Below, one piece after another: positions 28,533-40,801 of a stretch of 64,000 nt of DNA; the first letter of the stretch is position 1; every line of letters begins with the position of its first letter. Source of the stretch: an uncultured Acidobacteriota bacterium. Its GTDB lineage: Bacteria > Acidobacteriota > Thermoanaerobaculia > UBA5066. A model generated the notes under the pieces. The model searched no databases, had not been told where the DNA came from, and saw only the letters and a program-made list of their open reading frames with translations. Made by a program: the position numbers and the translations under genes. The stretch spans positions 1,568,001-1,632,000 of the forward strand of contig CAVZYA010000002.1 of assembly GCA_963779415.1 (NCBI GenBank). Direction: 5' to 3'.

Positions 28533-29309
28533 ATGAATCATGTCGTCTGCATCGCATACGTCCCGGACACCGAAACGAAGATCAAGATCGGAGCGGACGG
28601 AAAGTCGATCGACGAGGCCGACGTCAAGTGGATCGTCTCGCCGTACGACGAGTACGCGCTGGAAGAGGCTCTGAAGACGAAGGAGGCGAAGGGGGGGACG
28701 GTCACGGTCGTGACGTACGGCCCGGCCCGCGCCGACGCGGGGCTGCGCGAGTGCCTGGCCCGCGGCGCCGACGAGGCGATCCGGATCGCGTCCGAGGGGA
28801 CGGGCGAGATCGACTCGCTGGGTGTCGCCCAGATCCTCGCGGGGGCCGTCAAGGCGCTGCCGCACGACATCGTCTGGATGGGGAACAAGGGGGTCGGCAC
28901 CGACGCCCAGCTCCTCGTCCCGATGGTGGCCGAGCTTCTGGACCTGCCGCACGTCTCCCCCGTGATGAAGCTGGAGTGGGGAGACGGCAAGATCACCGCG
29001 AAGCGCGAGATCGAGGGGGCGACCGAGGTCGTCGAGGCGCCGCTCCCCGTCGTTCTCGGCGCGCAGAAGGGGCTGAACGAGCCGCGCTACGCCTCGCTGA
29101 AGGGGATCATGGCGGCCAAGAAGAAGACGATCGCCGTCAAGCAGCCCGCGGACGTCGGGTACGTCCCGGCCGCGGGGGGCGCCGTGACCTGGACGAAGCT
29201 GGAGCTTCCCGCCGCGCGCGGCGCCGTGAAGCTGATCCCCGCCGACGATCCGAACAAAGCCGCGGAAGAACTCCTCAGGCTGCTGAGAGACGAAGCGAAG
29301 GTGCTGTGA
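28533..29309 (+). CDS. etfB: Electron transfer flavoprotein beta subunit
   Basis: VPDTE, PYDEYALEEA, NEPRYASLKGIMAAKKK. Confidence 0.95.
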   Translation: MNHVVCIAYVPDTETKIKIGADGKSIDEADVKWIVSPYDEYALEEALKTKEAKGGTVTVVTYGPARADAGLRECLARGADEAIRIASEGTGEIDSLGVAQILAGAVKALPHDIVWMGNKGVGTDAQLLVPMVAELLDLPHVSPVMKLEWGDGKITAKREIEGATEVVEAPLPVVLGAQKGLNEPRYASLKGIMAAKKKTIAVKQPADVGYVPAAGGAVTWTKLELPAARGAVKLIPADDPNKAAEELLRLLRDEAKVL

Positions 29310-30289
29310 TGAGTAACGTTCTCGTCTTCATCGAACAGCGCGACGGAAAGATCCGCAAGGCCTCTCTCGAGGCGCTGACCCTGGGGCGGACGCTCGCCGG
29401 CAAGACCGGCGGGACGGTGGCCGCCTGCGTGGCCGGCTCCGGCATCGGCACCCTCGCCCCCGAGCTGGCGGCCTACGGCGCCGCGAAGGTCTTCGTGGCC
29501 GACGCGCCCGAGCTTCAGCTCTTCTCCTGCGAGGGGTACACGGCCGCGCTCGACGCGGCGGTTTCGGCCTTCAGTCCCTCGATCCTCCTCGTCTCCGCCA
29601 CGACGATGGGGAAGGACCTCGCCCCGCGACTCGCCGCGCGGCGAAAGGTGGGGGTCCTCTCCGACGTGATGACGCTCGACGTGGAGGGGGGCCATCTCGT
29701 CGGGACGCGACCGGTCTACTCGGGCAAGGCGCGCGCGACGGTGACCCCGGCCGCGGGAGCGGCGCTTCAGATCGCGACGCCCCGTCCGAACGTCTTCCCG
29801 GCCTCGAAGGCTCCCTCGCCCGGCGCGGGCGAGGTCGTCGCGGTCTCCGCCGCCGGGGCGAAGATCCGGGCGAAGGTCGTGAAGGTGGAGGCCGCCGAGG
29901 CCGGCGAGCTGGACGTGGCCGAGGCCGACAAGATCGTCTCCGGGGGGCGCGGCATCAAGGGGCCGGAAAACTGGCCGGTCCTGCGCGCGCTCTGCCACGA
30001 GCTGGGCGCGGCGCTCGGCGCCTCTCGTGCCGCCGTGGACGCGGGGTGGATCGACCACTCGCACCAGGTCGGCCAGACCGGGAAGGTCGTCTCGCCGTCG
30101 CTCTACATCGCCTGCGGCATCTCGGGGGCCATCCAGCACCTCGCCGGGATGGGCTCCTCGAAGGTGATCGTCGCCATCAACAAGGACCCGGAAGCCCCCA
30201 TCTTCAAGGCGGCCACGTACGGCGTCGTCGCGGACCTCTTCCAGATCGTCCCGGCGATGACCGAGGCAGCCAAGAAGATGAAGGCGTAA
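29309..30289 (+). CDS. etfA: Electron transfer flavoprotein alpha subunit
   Basis: [30 protein letters not shown]. Confidence 0.95.
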   Translation: MSNVLVFIEQRDGKIRKASLEALTLGRTLAGKTGGTVAACVAGSGIGTLAPELAAYGAAKVFVADAPELQLFSCEGYTAALDAAVSAFSPSILLVSATTMGKDLAPRLAARRKVGVLSDVMTLDVEGGHLVGTRPVYSGKARATVTPAAGAALQIATPRPNVFPASKAPSPGAGEVVAVSAAGAKIRAKVVKVEAAEAGELDVAEADKIVSGGRGIKGPENWPVLRALCHELGAALGASRAAVDAGWIDHSHQVGQTGKVVSPSLYIACGISGAIQHLAGMGSSKVIVAINKDPEAPIFKAATYGVVADLFQIVPAMTEAAKKMKA

Positions 30290-30296
30290 TCCGTAA

Positions 30297-32378
30297 ATGA
30301 CGCTGACGCCGACTCAGGCCCTCTACTTCGGCGTTCCGGGGAACGTCCTCTTCGCGGTCGTCCTCGCCGCCACGGTCGTCTTTTTCCTCGTCACGGCCTC
30401 GCGGCGGGTGCAGCTGCTCCTGATCGGTGCCGGGGCGCCGGACGACCGCTTCGACCGTCCCTTCCGGCGGCTCTGGCACGTCGTCGAATATGGAATCCTC
30501 CAACGGAAGATGTGGCGAGACCCCTACGCGGGGCTCTACCACATCCTCATCTTCTCGGGCTTCGTCGTCCTCACGGTCCGAACGACGTCGCTCGTCCTCG
30601 AGGGGCTCAGCCCGTCGGCGGCGCTTCCGTTCCTCTCGACGGGCTTCTGGGAGGCGTACCTCCTCCTGAAAGACGTCGTCCTCGTGACGACGCTCGCCGG
30701 GGTCCTTCTCGCCTTAGGGCGGCGGCACCTCTTCCGAAAGGAACGTCTCGACCCGTCGTTCGACGCCGACCTGATTCTTCTTCTGATCGCCCTCCTGATG
30801 GTGACCGATCTGACGGCGGGCGCGGCGAGGGATGCCCTTTCGCCGGCGAATGTGCCGGGATGGGAACCCCTGACTTTCTTCCTTTCTAAGAATCTTTCGG
30901 GGTATTCCTCCTCTTTCCTTCAGGCCGTCTATTTCTCCTCCTGGTGGATCCATCTCCTGGCGATCTTCTTCTTCCTGAACTACCTCCCCTTCGCGAAGCA
31001 CTTCCACGTCATCACGGCCCTCCCGAACCTCTTTTTCGCGAAGCTCGACGCGCCGGGGAAGATGTCGACCGTCGACATCGAGAAGGCGGCGGAGGCCGGG
31101 GTCTTCGGCGTCTCGAAGATCGAGGACTTCAGCTGGAAGCAGAAGCTGGACATCTTCACCTGCACGGAGTGCGGGCGATGCCGCGAGAACTGCCCGACGC
31201 ACCTGACCGGAAAGCCGCTCACGCCGAAGGGCTTCACCGTGGATCTCCGCCACGCGCTCTACACGGACGCTCCGGCCCTCCTCGACGCGGCCACGGGCTT
31301 TGCGGGCGGGAAGAAGGCGAAGGATCTCGAGGAGCGGAAGGCCCTCATCGGCGGCTGGATCTCCGAAGAGACGATCTGGGCCTGCACGACCTGCCGCTAC
31401 TGCGAGCACGCCTGTCCAGTCGGGATCACGTACGTCGACAAGATCACGGACCTCCGGCGGCATCTCGTCCTCGAGCGGAGCGAGTTTCCGAAGGAGGCGC
31501 AGACCGCCTTCAACGGGATGGAGCGGCAGGGGAACCCGTGGAACCTCGCGGCAGCCGATCGTGGCGCCTGGGTGAAGGAGCTGCCGTTCCCCGTCCTGAC
31601 GATGGCCGAGGCGGGCGCCTCCGGCGTCGAAGTGCTCTTCTGGGTCGGCTGCGCGGGCTCGTACGAGGACCGCGGGAAGAAGGTCTCGCGCGCCCTCGCG
31701 ACGCTGCTCCACGAGGCGGGAGTGACCTTCGCGATCCTCGGATCCGAGGAGACCTGCACCGGCGACGCGGCGCGGCGGCTGGGGAACGAGTACCTCTTCC
31801 AGACGCTCGCGCAGCAGAACGTCGGGACGCTGAACGGCTACGGCGTGAAGAAGATCGTCACGAACTGCCCCCACTGCTTCAACACGCTCTCGCGCGAGTA
31901 CCCGGATTTCGGCGGCCGCTTCGAGGTGGTGCACGGCACCGAGCTGGTGGCGAAGCTGATCGAGGAGGGGCGCCTCGACTTTTCGACGCGGATCGAGAAG
32001 ACGATCTCCTTCCACGACCCCTGCTATCTCGGCCGGCACAACGACGTCTACGACGCGCCGCGCGCCGTCCTCTCGGCGATTCCCGGCCTCGCGCTGAAGG
32101 AGCTGCCGCGGAGCCGCGACGCGGCCGTCTGCTGCGGCGCCGGAGGCGGGCGGATGTGGCTGGACGAGAAGATCGGAACCCGGATCAACCAGATGCGCTT
32201 CGCGGAGATCGAGGCGTGCGGGACCGAGGCGGTCGGGGTCTCCTGCCCCTTCTGCATGGTGATGGTCGCGAACGCGAAAACGGAGCTTTCGGGGACGACG
32301 GAGCCGTTCGACATCCTCGAGCTTGCGGCGTCCGCCCTCCCGGCGCGAGGAGAGAAGGGGACTTCCGGCCCGACGTGA
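30297..32378 (+). CDS. Membrane Fe-S oxidoreductase, FadF/EMO-like (NarI-like TM, 2x4Fe-4S, CCG domains)
   Basis: CTECGRC...[33 protein letters not shown]. Confidence 0.9.
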   Translation: MTLTPTQALYFGVPGNVLFAVVLAATVVFFLVTASRRVQLLLIGAGAPDDRFDRPFRRLWHVVEYGILQRKMWRDPYAGLYHILIFSGFVVLTVRTTSLVLEGLSPSAALPFLSTGFWEAYLLLKDVVLVTTLAGVLLALGRRHLFRKERLDPSFDADLILLLIALLMVTDLTAGAARDALSPANVPGWEPLTFFLSKNLSGYSSSFLQAVYFSSWWIHLLAIFFFLNYLPFAKHFHVITALPNLFFAKLDAPGKMSTVDIEKAAEAGVFGVSKIEDFSWKQKLDIFTCTECGRCRENCPTHLTGKPLTPKGFTVDLRHALYTDAPALLDAATGFAGGKKAKDLEERKALIGGWISEETIWACTTCRYCEHACPVGITYVDKITDLRRHLVLERSEFPKEAQTAFNGMERQGNPWNLAAADRGAWVKELPFPVLTMAEAGASGVEVLFWVGCAGSYEDRGKKVSRALATLLHEAGVTFAILGSEETCTGDAARRLGNEYLFQTLAQQNVGTLNGYGVKKIVTNCPHCFNTLSREYPDFGGRFEVVHGTELVAKLIEEGRLDFSTRIEKTISFHDPCYLGRHNDVYDAPRAVLSAIPGLALKELPRSRDAAVCCGAGGGRMWLDEKIGTRINQMRFAEIEACGTEAVGVSCPFCMVMVANAKTELSGTTEPFDILELAASALPARGEKGTSGPT

Positions 32379-32395
32379 TGTAATCTTTTGGGCTC

Positions 32396-32812
32396 ATGGC
32401 GGACGAGCCCAGGGCCCCCGGGGAACCGGCCGAACGGGGTCCGTTCGAGCCGACGGTCTATGTGCCTCCCCCGAAGGAGGAGACGGGGGCCCCCTTCCGT
32501 TCCGAGCCCTCACCCAAGGAGCCCTTCGTCACCGAAGGGATGAAGGCTCGCCGCCGGCACGAGGAGCGCCTCCGCCGGGAGGAGTTTCTCGCGCAGCTTC
32601 AGCGCGAGGAGAAGTTCGTCGAAGGCTGGGCCCGGTTCCGTAATCTCGTGCTGAGGGTCGGCCTCGTGCTCATCCTGGTTCTCGTCTACATGCGGATCCA
32701 GATGACCTACCCCGACAACCGGTGGCCGCTGGAGCTGGTCTGGGCCCTGATCGTCGTCGGGGTCTTCGGCGTCTTCGGGACGACGCTCTGGTACCTGAAC
32801 CGCGGCGATTGA
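32396..32812 (+). CDS. Two-TM hypothetical protein
   Basis: Typical codon usage; C-terminal TM segments. Confidence 0.6.
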   Translation: MADEPRAPGEPAERGPFEPTVYVPPPKEETGAPFRSEPSPKEPFVTEGMKARRRHEERLRREEFLAQLQREEKFVEGWARFRNLVLRVGLVLILVLVYMRIQMTYPDNRWPLELVWALIVVGVFGVFGTTLWYLNRGD

Positions 32813-32818
32813 CGGCCC

Positions 32819-34140
32819 TCAGAAGCGGAAGGTCAACCCCAGAAGGCCGCGGAACTGCCGTGACGTATCGTCCCGGATCTGCTCCGCCGTCATGAAGAGC
32901 GAAAAGGGGCGGGAGATGTTCACGACGCCCGAGAGCGCGTACCGCTTCGAGTGCGGGTGGCTCTGGACCACGAGGCCGTCGGCCGTCGTCATGCTGAGGG
33001 TCGAGAGCGACGTCGTGTAGTCGAGCGTCAGATAGACCTTCGGGCCGAGGTTCCGGCCGATCGAGGCGTAGAGCGAGTCGTAGGCGCCGCTCGACGGCTG
33101 GTTGTAGCGGTTGTCGCTCGCCGTCAGGTCGAGGCCCGACCCGAAGACGTTCATCGCGGAGATTCCGGCCTAACACCTCGGGTAGGTCCGCCGACCAGGC
33201 TGCTCTGTTCCTGCGAGTAGCCGCCCCAGATCCGGAGGTTGCGGAGCGGCTCGATCGTCACGCGGCCGCCGAGGGATCCGTAGAGGAACCCCTGGAGGGC
33301 CTGGGGGTCGACCGGCCTCCCGTTGAGGACGTCCTGCGCGATCGAGCGCGTGTCGATGGAGGTGCCGTGGTGATAGAGCCCCTGGAACTCGAGCCACGGC
33401 GTGGCCCGGTAGCGCGCGTTGACGAAGATGTAGGTCAGCTTCGCGCCCCCGCCGCTGCCGGCCGGTCCCGTCGTGTCGATCTCGGCGGCCTGATAGAGGA
33501 AGAAGTCCCTGCCGACGGGGATGAAGTTCAGCATGGTGATGACGACGCTCGGTCACGGTCTGGTCCCGGATCTGGACGTAGCCGATGACGTTCTTCCACC
33601 CGTTCTCGCCGTCGAGGGCGACGTAGCCGCCGTACTTCTTGACGCCGCTGACGTAGCCGACCTGATAGAGATCGGGCTCCATGCCGCCGAAGAGGCCGAG
33701 GCGAACGCGCCAGGGCCCCGTGGAGCCGAAGGGCTGCGCCTCGAGGTTGAAGCCGCCGACGGAGCCGAGACCGCCGATGTCGTTCAGCCACATCTGCCCG
33801 ACGCGGAGACCGACGCTCCCGCCGCTCACGTGCCCTCCGACCCAGGCGTTGAAGAGCTGAGGCGGTTGGGCTGTCCGTTGACGGAGGGGTACGCGGCGCC
33901 GCGCGCGTCGAGGCCGTACTCGAATCCGCCGTCGTCCGCCGGCTTCGACACGAGGGAGACGTAGGCCGAGGTCTCGCTGAACGTCGAGCTCGGGCCGCCG
34001 CCGGTCAGGGAGGTCTGCTGGTAGCTCCCGAAGAGGGTGACCTGCCCGTACCCGGACTGCGACTGGGCCCCGGAGCGCGACGCGGAGCCGGCCGCGGCCA
34101 GGAGGAGCGCGAGGAAGACGAGTCGGCGTCTCCCCGTCAT
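32819..34140 (-). CDS. Outer-membrane beta-barrel (porin), 3 frameshifts
   Basis: Signal peptide; amphipathic Y/G-rich strands; C-terminus LGLTFRF; ATGA overlap with the cytochrome stop. Confidence 0.7.
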
Positions 34141-37100
34141 CAGCCGCCGCGCCCCGTCGGGTGGCAGGAGTAGCAGGCCTGCGACTGGTAGACGTAGCCG
34201 GCCCGGCCCTGGTGCTGCTGGGCGGTTTGGGCCTGCCCATGACACGTCAGGCAGGTGAAGACGGCGTAGTTCGACGGATTCGTATGGCAGTTGGCACAGA
34301 CCCCGCCGGCGGAGCCGTGGTTCGTGGGGAACCAGGTGTGGTTGAAGACCGCCTGAAGCCACGAGGTGTCCGAGAACTTGTGACAGGTGTCGCAGGTCGT
34401 CGGGAAGGCGGCGGCAACGTGGTTCACCGGGGTGGTGGCGGTGTTGTAGTCCCTCAGATGGCAGGCGGAGCACGGGCTCGTGGGCACGCTGGTGAAGTTG
34501 TTGGCGCTGGGGGCGTACGGCGGGTTGTGGCACTGGCTGCAGGGCGCGGTCGCGTGCGCGCCGGCGAGCGCGAAGTACGTCGAATGGTTGAAGGCCGTCG
34601 CGAGCAGCCAGGTCGGCGTCCGTGTTCTTGTGGCAGCTGTCGCACGTCGTCGGCAGACCGGCGTGGTTCACGGGTGTCGCGGCGGTGGCGAAGTCCCGCA
34701 TGGTGGCAGCCGAAGCAGGTCGTCGGGACGGCGGAGTAGTTGTTGGCGGACGGGGCGTACGGCGGGTTGTGGCACGTCGGCGCACGCCGTCGTGGCGTGG
34801 ACGCCGACGAGCGGGAAGGTCGTGTGGCTGAACGTCGCCGGCGAGCCAGGTCGCATCGGAGAACTTGTGGCATGTGTCGCAGGTCGTCGGGAAGCGCGAC
34901 GCGATGTGGTTCACCGGCGTCTTGGCGTTGTTGTAGTCCTTCAGATGGCAGGCCGAGCACGGGCTCGTGGGCACGCTGGTGAAGTTGTTGGCGCTGGGTG
35001 CGTACGGCGGGTTGTGGCACTGGCGCAGGGCGCGGTCGCGTGCGCGCCGGCGAGCGGCGAAGTACGTCGCAATGGTTGAAGGCCGTCGCGAGCAGCCAGG
35101 TCGCGTCCGTGTTCTTGTGGCAGCTGTCGCACGTCGTCGGCAGACCGGCGTGGTTCACGGGCGTCGCGGCGGTGGTGAAGTCCCGCAGGTGGCAGCCGAA
35201 GCAGGTCGTCGGGACGGTCGGAGTAGTTGTTGGCGGACGGGGCGTACGGCGGGTTGTGGCACGTGGCGCAGGCCGTCGTGGCGTGGACCCCGACGAGCGG
35301 GAAGGTCGTGTGGCTGAACGTCGCCGGCGAGCCAGGTCGCATCGGAGAACTTGTGGCATGTGTCGCAGGTCGTCGGGAAGCGCGGCGGCCACGTGGTTCA
35401 CGGGCGTCGTGGCGGTGTTGTAGTCCTGCTGGTGGCAGGCCGAGCACGGGCTCGTGGGCACGGTGGCGAAGTTGTTCGCGCTGGGGGCATAGGGCGGGTT
35501 GTGGCACTGGGCGCACGGCGGCCGTAGCGTGCGCGCCCGCCAGCGCGAAGTACGTGTAGTGGTTGAAGGCCGTCGCGAGCGACCAGGTGGCGTCCGTGTT
35601 CTTGTGGCAGCTGTCGCACGTCGTCGGCAGACCGGCGTGGTTCACGGGGGTCGCGGCGGTGGCGAAGTCAGGCTGAGTGGCAGCCGAAACACGTCGTCGG
35701 GACGGTGGAGTAGTTGTTGGCGCTCGGGGCGTACGGCGGGTTGTGGCACGTGGCGCACGCCGTCGTGGCGTGGACCCCGACGAGCGGGAAGGTCGTGTGG
35801 CTGAACGTCGCGGCGAGCCAGGTTGCATCGGAGAACTTGTGACATGTGTCGCAGGTCGTCGGGAAGGCGGCGGTCACGTGGTTCACCGGCGTCGTGGCGG
35901 TGTTGTAGTCCTGCTGGTGGCAGGCGGAGCAGGGGCTGGTGGGCACGGTCGCGTAGTTGCCGCTCTTGTGGCAGTTGGCGCACGCGGTCGTCACGTGCGT
36001 TCCCGCCAGCGGGAAATACGTGGAATGGTTGAATGTCGACTGTGACCTGCCACGTCGCGTCGGCGAAGGCGTGGCAGGTCTCGCAGGTCGTCGCGAAGCC
36101 GGCATGGCTCACGGGCGTCGTGGCGCCCGTGGAAGTCGGTCATGATGGCAGGCGGAGCAGGGGCTGGTGGGGACGGTCGTGTAGTTGCCGTTCTTGTGGC
36201 AGTTGGCACACGCCGTCGTGACGTGCGTTCCGGCCAGCGGGAAGTACGCGGAGTGGTTGAAGGGCGACTTCACCTGCCAGGTCGCGTCGGCGAAGGCGTG
36301 GCAGGAGTCGCAGGTCGTCGGGAAGCCGGCGTGGTTCACGGGGGTCGTGGCCCCCTGGAAATCCGTCTGATGACAGGCCGAGCAGGGAGTCGTCGGGACG
36401 GTCGTGTAGTTGCCGCCCTTGTGGCAGTTGGCGCACGCCGTCGTCACGTGCGTTCCCGCGAGCGGGAAGTACGTGGTGTGGTTGAAGGGCGACTTCGCCT
36501 GCCAGGTCATGTCGGAAAAGGCGTGGCAGCTCTCGCATGTCGTCGGGAAGCCGGCGTGGCTCACGGGCGTCGTGGCGCTCTGGAAGTCGGTCAGGTGGCA
36601 GGCCGAACACGGGCTCTTGGGGACGGTCGTGTAGTTCCCCCCCTTGTGGCAGTTGGCACAGGGCGTCGTGAGGTGTGCTCCCGAGAGTGGGAAGACGGCG
36701 TGGGACGTGAACGTTCCCTGCTGCCATGTGGCGTCGGAGTACTTGTGGCAGGTCTCGCACGTCGTCGGGAAGCCGGCGGCCACGTGAGGCGGATTGGTGG
36801 AGTTCTGGAAGTCGGCCATGTGACAGGCCGAGCAGGGGTTCATCGGGACGGTCGTGTAGTTGCCGCTCTTGTGGCAGTTGGCGCACGCCGTCGTCACGTG
36901 CGTCCCCGCAAGCGTGAAGTACGCGGAGTGATTGAAGGTCGACTTCTGCTGCCACGTGGAATCGGTGAAGGCGTGGCAGGTGTCGCAGGCCGTCGGGAAG
37001 CCGGCATGGTTCACGGGAGCCGTGGCGCCCTGGAAATCGGTCAGGTGGCAGGTGTAGCAGTCGCGGGGAGTCCCCTTGTAGACACCCCCCTTGTGGCAGC

Positions 37101-39811
37101 TGGCGCAGGGCGTCGTCGCATGCACGCCGGCCAGCGCGAACGTAGAGTGAACGAAGGTCCCCTGCATCCAGGTGGCATCCGCGAACTTGTGGCAGGTCTC
37201 GCACGCCGTCGGGAAACCGGCGGCGACGTGGTTCACGGGAGTCGTGGCGGTCAGGTAGTCCTGCTGGTGGCAGGCGGCGCAGGGGCTTGTCGGAATGGTC
37301 GTGTAGTTGCCGTTCTTGTGGCAGTTGGCGCAAGGGGTCGTGGCGTGGGCGCCGGCGAGCGGAAAGACCGTCGCGTGATTGAAGGTCGCCATCATCCACG
37401 TGGCGTCGGAGGACTTTGTGGCAGGTGTCGCAGGTGGTCGGGAAACCGGCGGCGACGTGATCGGGATTCTTCGCTCCCTGGTAGTCCTTCGCGTGACATG
37501 AGTAGCAGTCGGTCGGGGCCCCCGAGAAGACGTTGTTCTTGTGGCACTGGTTGCAGCCGGAGCGTCGCGTGCGCGCCATTGAGCGCGAAGCCGGTCTGGG
37601 CTCCGTGGTTCCAGAGAACCGCCGTCCACGAGGTCGGCCGGTGGCACTGAGCGCAGTCGCTCCCGAGGGCCGTCCGGTAGAGGTCGTCCTGACGCCGGAT
37701 CCAGTGGCAGTCGTAGCAGGTGTTCGGGGTCCCCTTGTAGACGCCGTTCCAGTGGCACGAGGCGCAGGGGACGGCGAGATGCTGCCCTTCGAGCGGGAAT
37801 TCGATCGACTTGTGAAAGGCCCGAGTTCGCCGTCTTCCAGAGAGACATGTCGTGGCACGACGCGCAGTCGCTTCCCAGCTTGCCCCGATGCGGGTCGTCG
37901 TGGCAGCGCTGGCAGTCGGAGGTCGCGAGGCCGGTGAACTTCACGGCCGTCCCCGTGCCCGCCGGGAACGACCCCTCCACTTTCCTGTGGCAGAGGCGGC
38001 ACTCCGCCGTCGCGTGCTTGTCGACGAAGAACCCCTTCGTCGCCGGGTTCTGGTGCCGGTAGCTCTTCACCTCGAACGTGGCCGTCGTGTGACAGGTCTG
38101 GCAGGAGGTTCCCAGCTGGCCGAGGTGGACGTCCTTGTGGCAGCCGGCGCAGTCGGACGGGGAGCCCCTTCAGGCGGATGGCCGTGCCGCTGCCGGCCGG
38201 GAAGGTGCCGGTCTCCTTCCTGTGGCACTTCCCGCAGTCGAGCCCGACGTGCTTTCCGGTCAGGGGGTATTTCGTCGTCGAAGTGGTCGAAGCGGAAGGG
38301 ACGGCGAACTTCGCGACGTCGACCTTGTGGCAGCTGGCGCAGTTCGTGCCGACCTGCCCGAGATGCGGGTCCTTGTGGCAGGTCGCGCAGTCGAGGGGGA
38401 TCCCCTTGAACTTCCGGACCGGGACGGTCCGGCCGGCTCCGAGGGAGACGGAGCCCGCCGCGGCGTCGGCGCCGTGACACTTCTGGCAGGAGACCGTCGC
38501 GTGCTCGCCGCCGAAGAACTCGGGAAAGCGGGGGTGCCGGTAGGTCGTGACCGCGAAGGTAGCGGCGGTGTGGCACGTCTCGCACGTCGTTCCGAGCTGT
38601 CCCTTGTGAGCATCGACGTGGCAGGAGGAGCAGAGAGGACGCGCCCCGCGGAAGTCCACCGTCCGTCTCGCGGGAGAGAGCGCCGGCCTGCGGAGCCGCC
38701 CCCTTGTGACACGCGGCGCAGGCGAGCGGAGCGTGCTTGCCGGCCAGCGGGAACTTCGTCTTTGCGTGGTCGAAGGTCCCTCCCTTAAAGCCGGTCTCCT
38801 TGTGGCACGCACTGCAGTCCTGCGGCTTGAAGATCCCCGCGTGCGGGTCCTTGTGGCAGTCGGCACAACGTGCGTACTTCAGGTGGACCTTGGTCGCGGG
38901 CTGGACGTGACAGGAGGCGCAGGGGAAGCGCCGCGTGACGACCGACGAGGGCGTAGCCGGTCTTCGCATGGTCGAACTTCACGGGGGGGGTCGCCGCACC
39001 GGGCACACCCGCCGCAGCCCCGGCTCCCGCCGCGGCGGCAGCCGCTGCGCCCGATCCTCCGGCCATCCGGAAGGTCGCGGTCGTGTGGCAGGTGGAGCAG
39101 GCGCCGAGGGGCTTCGCGTGCGGGTCCTTGTGACAGTCGACGCAGGACGCGAACTTGATCCCCTTCCAGACGTTCGCCACGTGACACTTCTCGCAGGGGG
39201 TCGCGACGTGGGCGCCGGTCAGCGGATAGGACGTCTTCGAGTGGTCGAAGACCTTCCGGGTCTCCTTGAAGGCGACGGAGACGGGGTGGCAGGTCGCGCA
39301 GGAGGTGCCGAGCACCCCCTTGTGCGGATCGGCATGACACCCGGCGCAATCGGGCTTCGCCGTCAGGAATGACCGGGTCTTGTGGCACTTCGCGCAGTCG
39401 AGCCCCTTGTGCTTCCCGTCGAGGGGAAAGCCGGTTTCGCCCGCGTGATCGAACGTCGCCGTATTCAGCCGGCGGGTGTCGGTGTCGACCCCCGCGTGCT
39501 CGACATGGCAGGAGACGCAGTCCTTCGCCGCGTCGCGGTGGACTCCCTTCCGGGCGGCGATCCGCTCGGCGATCGGCTTGTGACATTCGAGGCACTTCGC
39601 CGTCGTCACGCGCTTGCCGGGCTCGTGGCACTTCTGGCAGTTCTCGAGGCCTTCCAGCCTGGCGTGTGCCACGGGAGAGGGGCCCGGGCGAGACGAGAGA
39701 GCCGAGCCCCTGCGCCGAGCCCGTCCGGGCGAAGCCGACGAGCGCGAGCAGGGCGAGAGCTGCCGCGGGCGCGAGAGGCGAGCGGCCGGGTCTTTTGCAG
39801 AGCTCGCTCAG
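34140..39811 (-). CDS. Giant multiheme cytochrome c (about 72 CxxCH, about 1880 aa), many frameshifts
   Basis: Signal peptide then SPGPLS..HARLEG..NCQKCH; continuous FxH-FPLxGxH-CxxCH modules across shifting frames; start codon unclear. Confidence 0.85.
34375..35865. repeat. Intragenic tandem repeat, about 486-bp unit x3
   Basis: GAACTTGTG(G/A)CA.GTGTCGCAGGTCGTCGGGAAG recurs at about 34374, 34861, 35347 and 35833. Confidence 0.85.
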
Positions 39812-39826
39812 TCAGGGCCTCTCTCT

Positions 39827-40681
39827 TCAGAAGTGCAGGGAGTAACCCATGTAGATGGCGAGGGCGACGTGGACGGCGGCGATGGCGAACATGACGTAGA
39901 CGAGGGGCTTGTGGAAGACGTGCCACAGATCGAATAGCTTCTTCGTCCGGCCGAGGTTGGCCATCCGACGGACGAGGAGCGAGCGCTCGGCGTCGAGGGC
40001 GGCGACCTCCTCGTCCATCGCGTGCGAGCCGCCTGCCAGAAGCGAGGCCTTCTCGGCGCGCCGCTTGAGGTCGTCGATCCGTTCGTGGATCTCGTCGAGG
40101 GAGAGCTCCGTTCCCGGATCGATCGGGGAATCCGGACGTAAAGGTAGCGGCCGACGAAGCCCGAAAGGACGACGAGGACCATCGACCAGTAGGCGACGGA
40201 AATGATCCCGTTGAACTTGAAGGAGGTGTGGAGGGTGATCAGCGCGGGACCGACGACGCCGCAGAAGATGTGGAAGTCGAGCCACCGCCTGGTCGAACCG
40301 CGACGGACGAGGGACGGGACTTTCTTCCGGATGACGTAGGGAAGGGTCAGGAGCATGAGCCCCGCGCCGGTGATTCCGAAGAGGAGCCCCGCCGTTCCGG
40401 AGGGGCGCAGGAGCCGGTGCGCTTTCTCCTGCGCCGCGGAGGGAGAGCGGCGTCGCATAGTAACGAAGGCCCCCGAGGCCGAAGAAGGCGAGTCCTCCGA
40501 GGAGCACGACGACGACAGTGACCAGGACGAGGACATGTCCGAAGGGGGATGGCGGGATCCGGCCTGTCGGCTTCGGGTCCGAAGCTGTCTTCGAAGATTC
40601 GTGCGCCTGGTCACCGGGCGACATCCGTGTGACGGGCGTCACGGAAGCCGACGTCCGGGACATCGCGGCCGTCGTTCTCAT
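39827..40681 (-). CDS. His-rich membrane protein (possible heme b, ferric-reductase-like), frameshifted
   Basis: WLDFHIFCG, TLHTSFK, WHVFHKPL, AAVHVA in TM helices. Confidence 0.7.
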   Translation of the reverse strand: MRTTAAMSRTSASVTPVTRMSPGDQAHESSKTASDPKPTGRIPPSPFGHVLVLVTVVVVLLGGLAFFGLGGLRYYATPLSLRGAGESAPAPAPLRNGGAPLRNHRRGAHAPDPSLRHPEESPVPRPSRFDQAVARLPHLLRRRRSRADHPPHLLQVQRDHFRRLLVDGPRRPFGLRRPLPLRPDSPIDPGTELSLDEIHERIDDLKRRAEKASLLAGGSHAMDEEVAALDAERSLLVRRMANLGRTKKLFDLWHVFHKPLVYVMFAIAAVHVALAIYMGYSLHF

Positions 40682-40801
40682 ACAACCCTACCGGATACAC
40701 CCTTCCAGGCTCGACAATTCCGAATCCCCCCCCTGGACTTCAGACTTGTTCGTTCCGGGGCTCCGCCCGGGTTTTTTAGAAGTGGCGGAGCGACTCGGAT
40801 C

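Noticed and set aside
34375-37400. CRISPR array or DGR template/variable repeats
   Set aside because: The repeats are long, coding and contiguous; there are no spacers, cas genes or reverse transcriptase, and no evident adenine-specific variation
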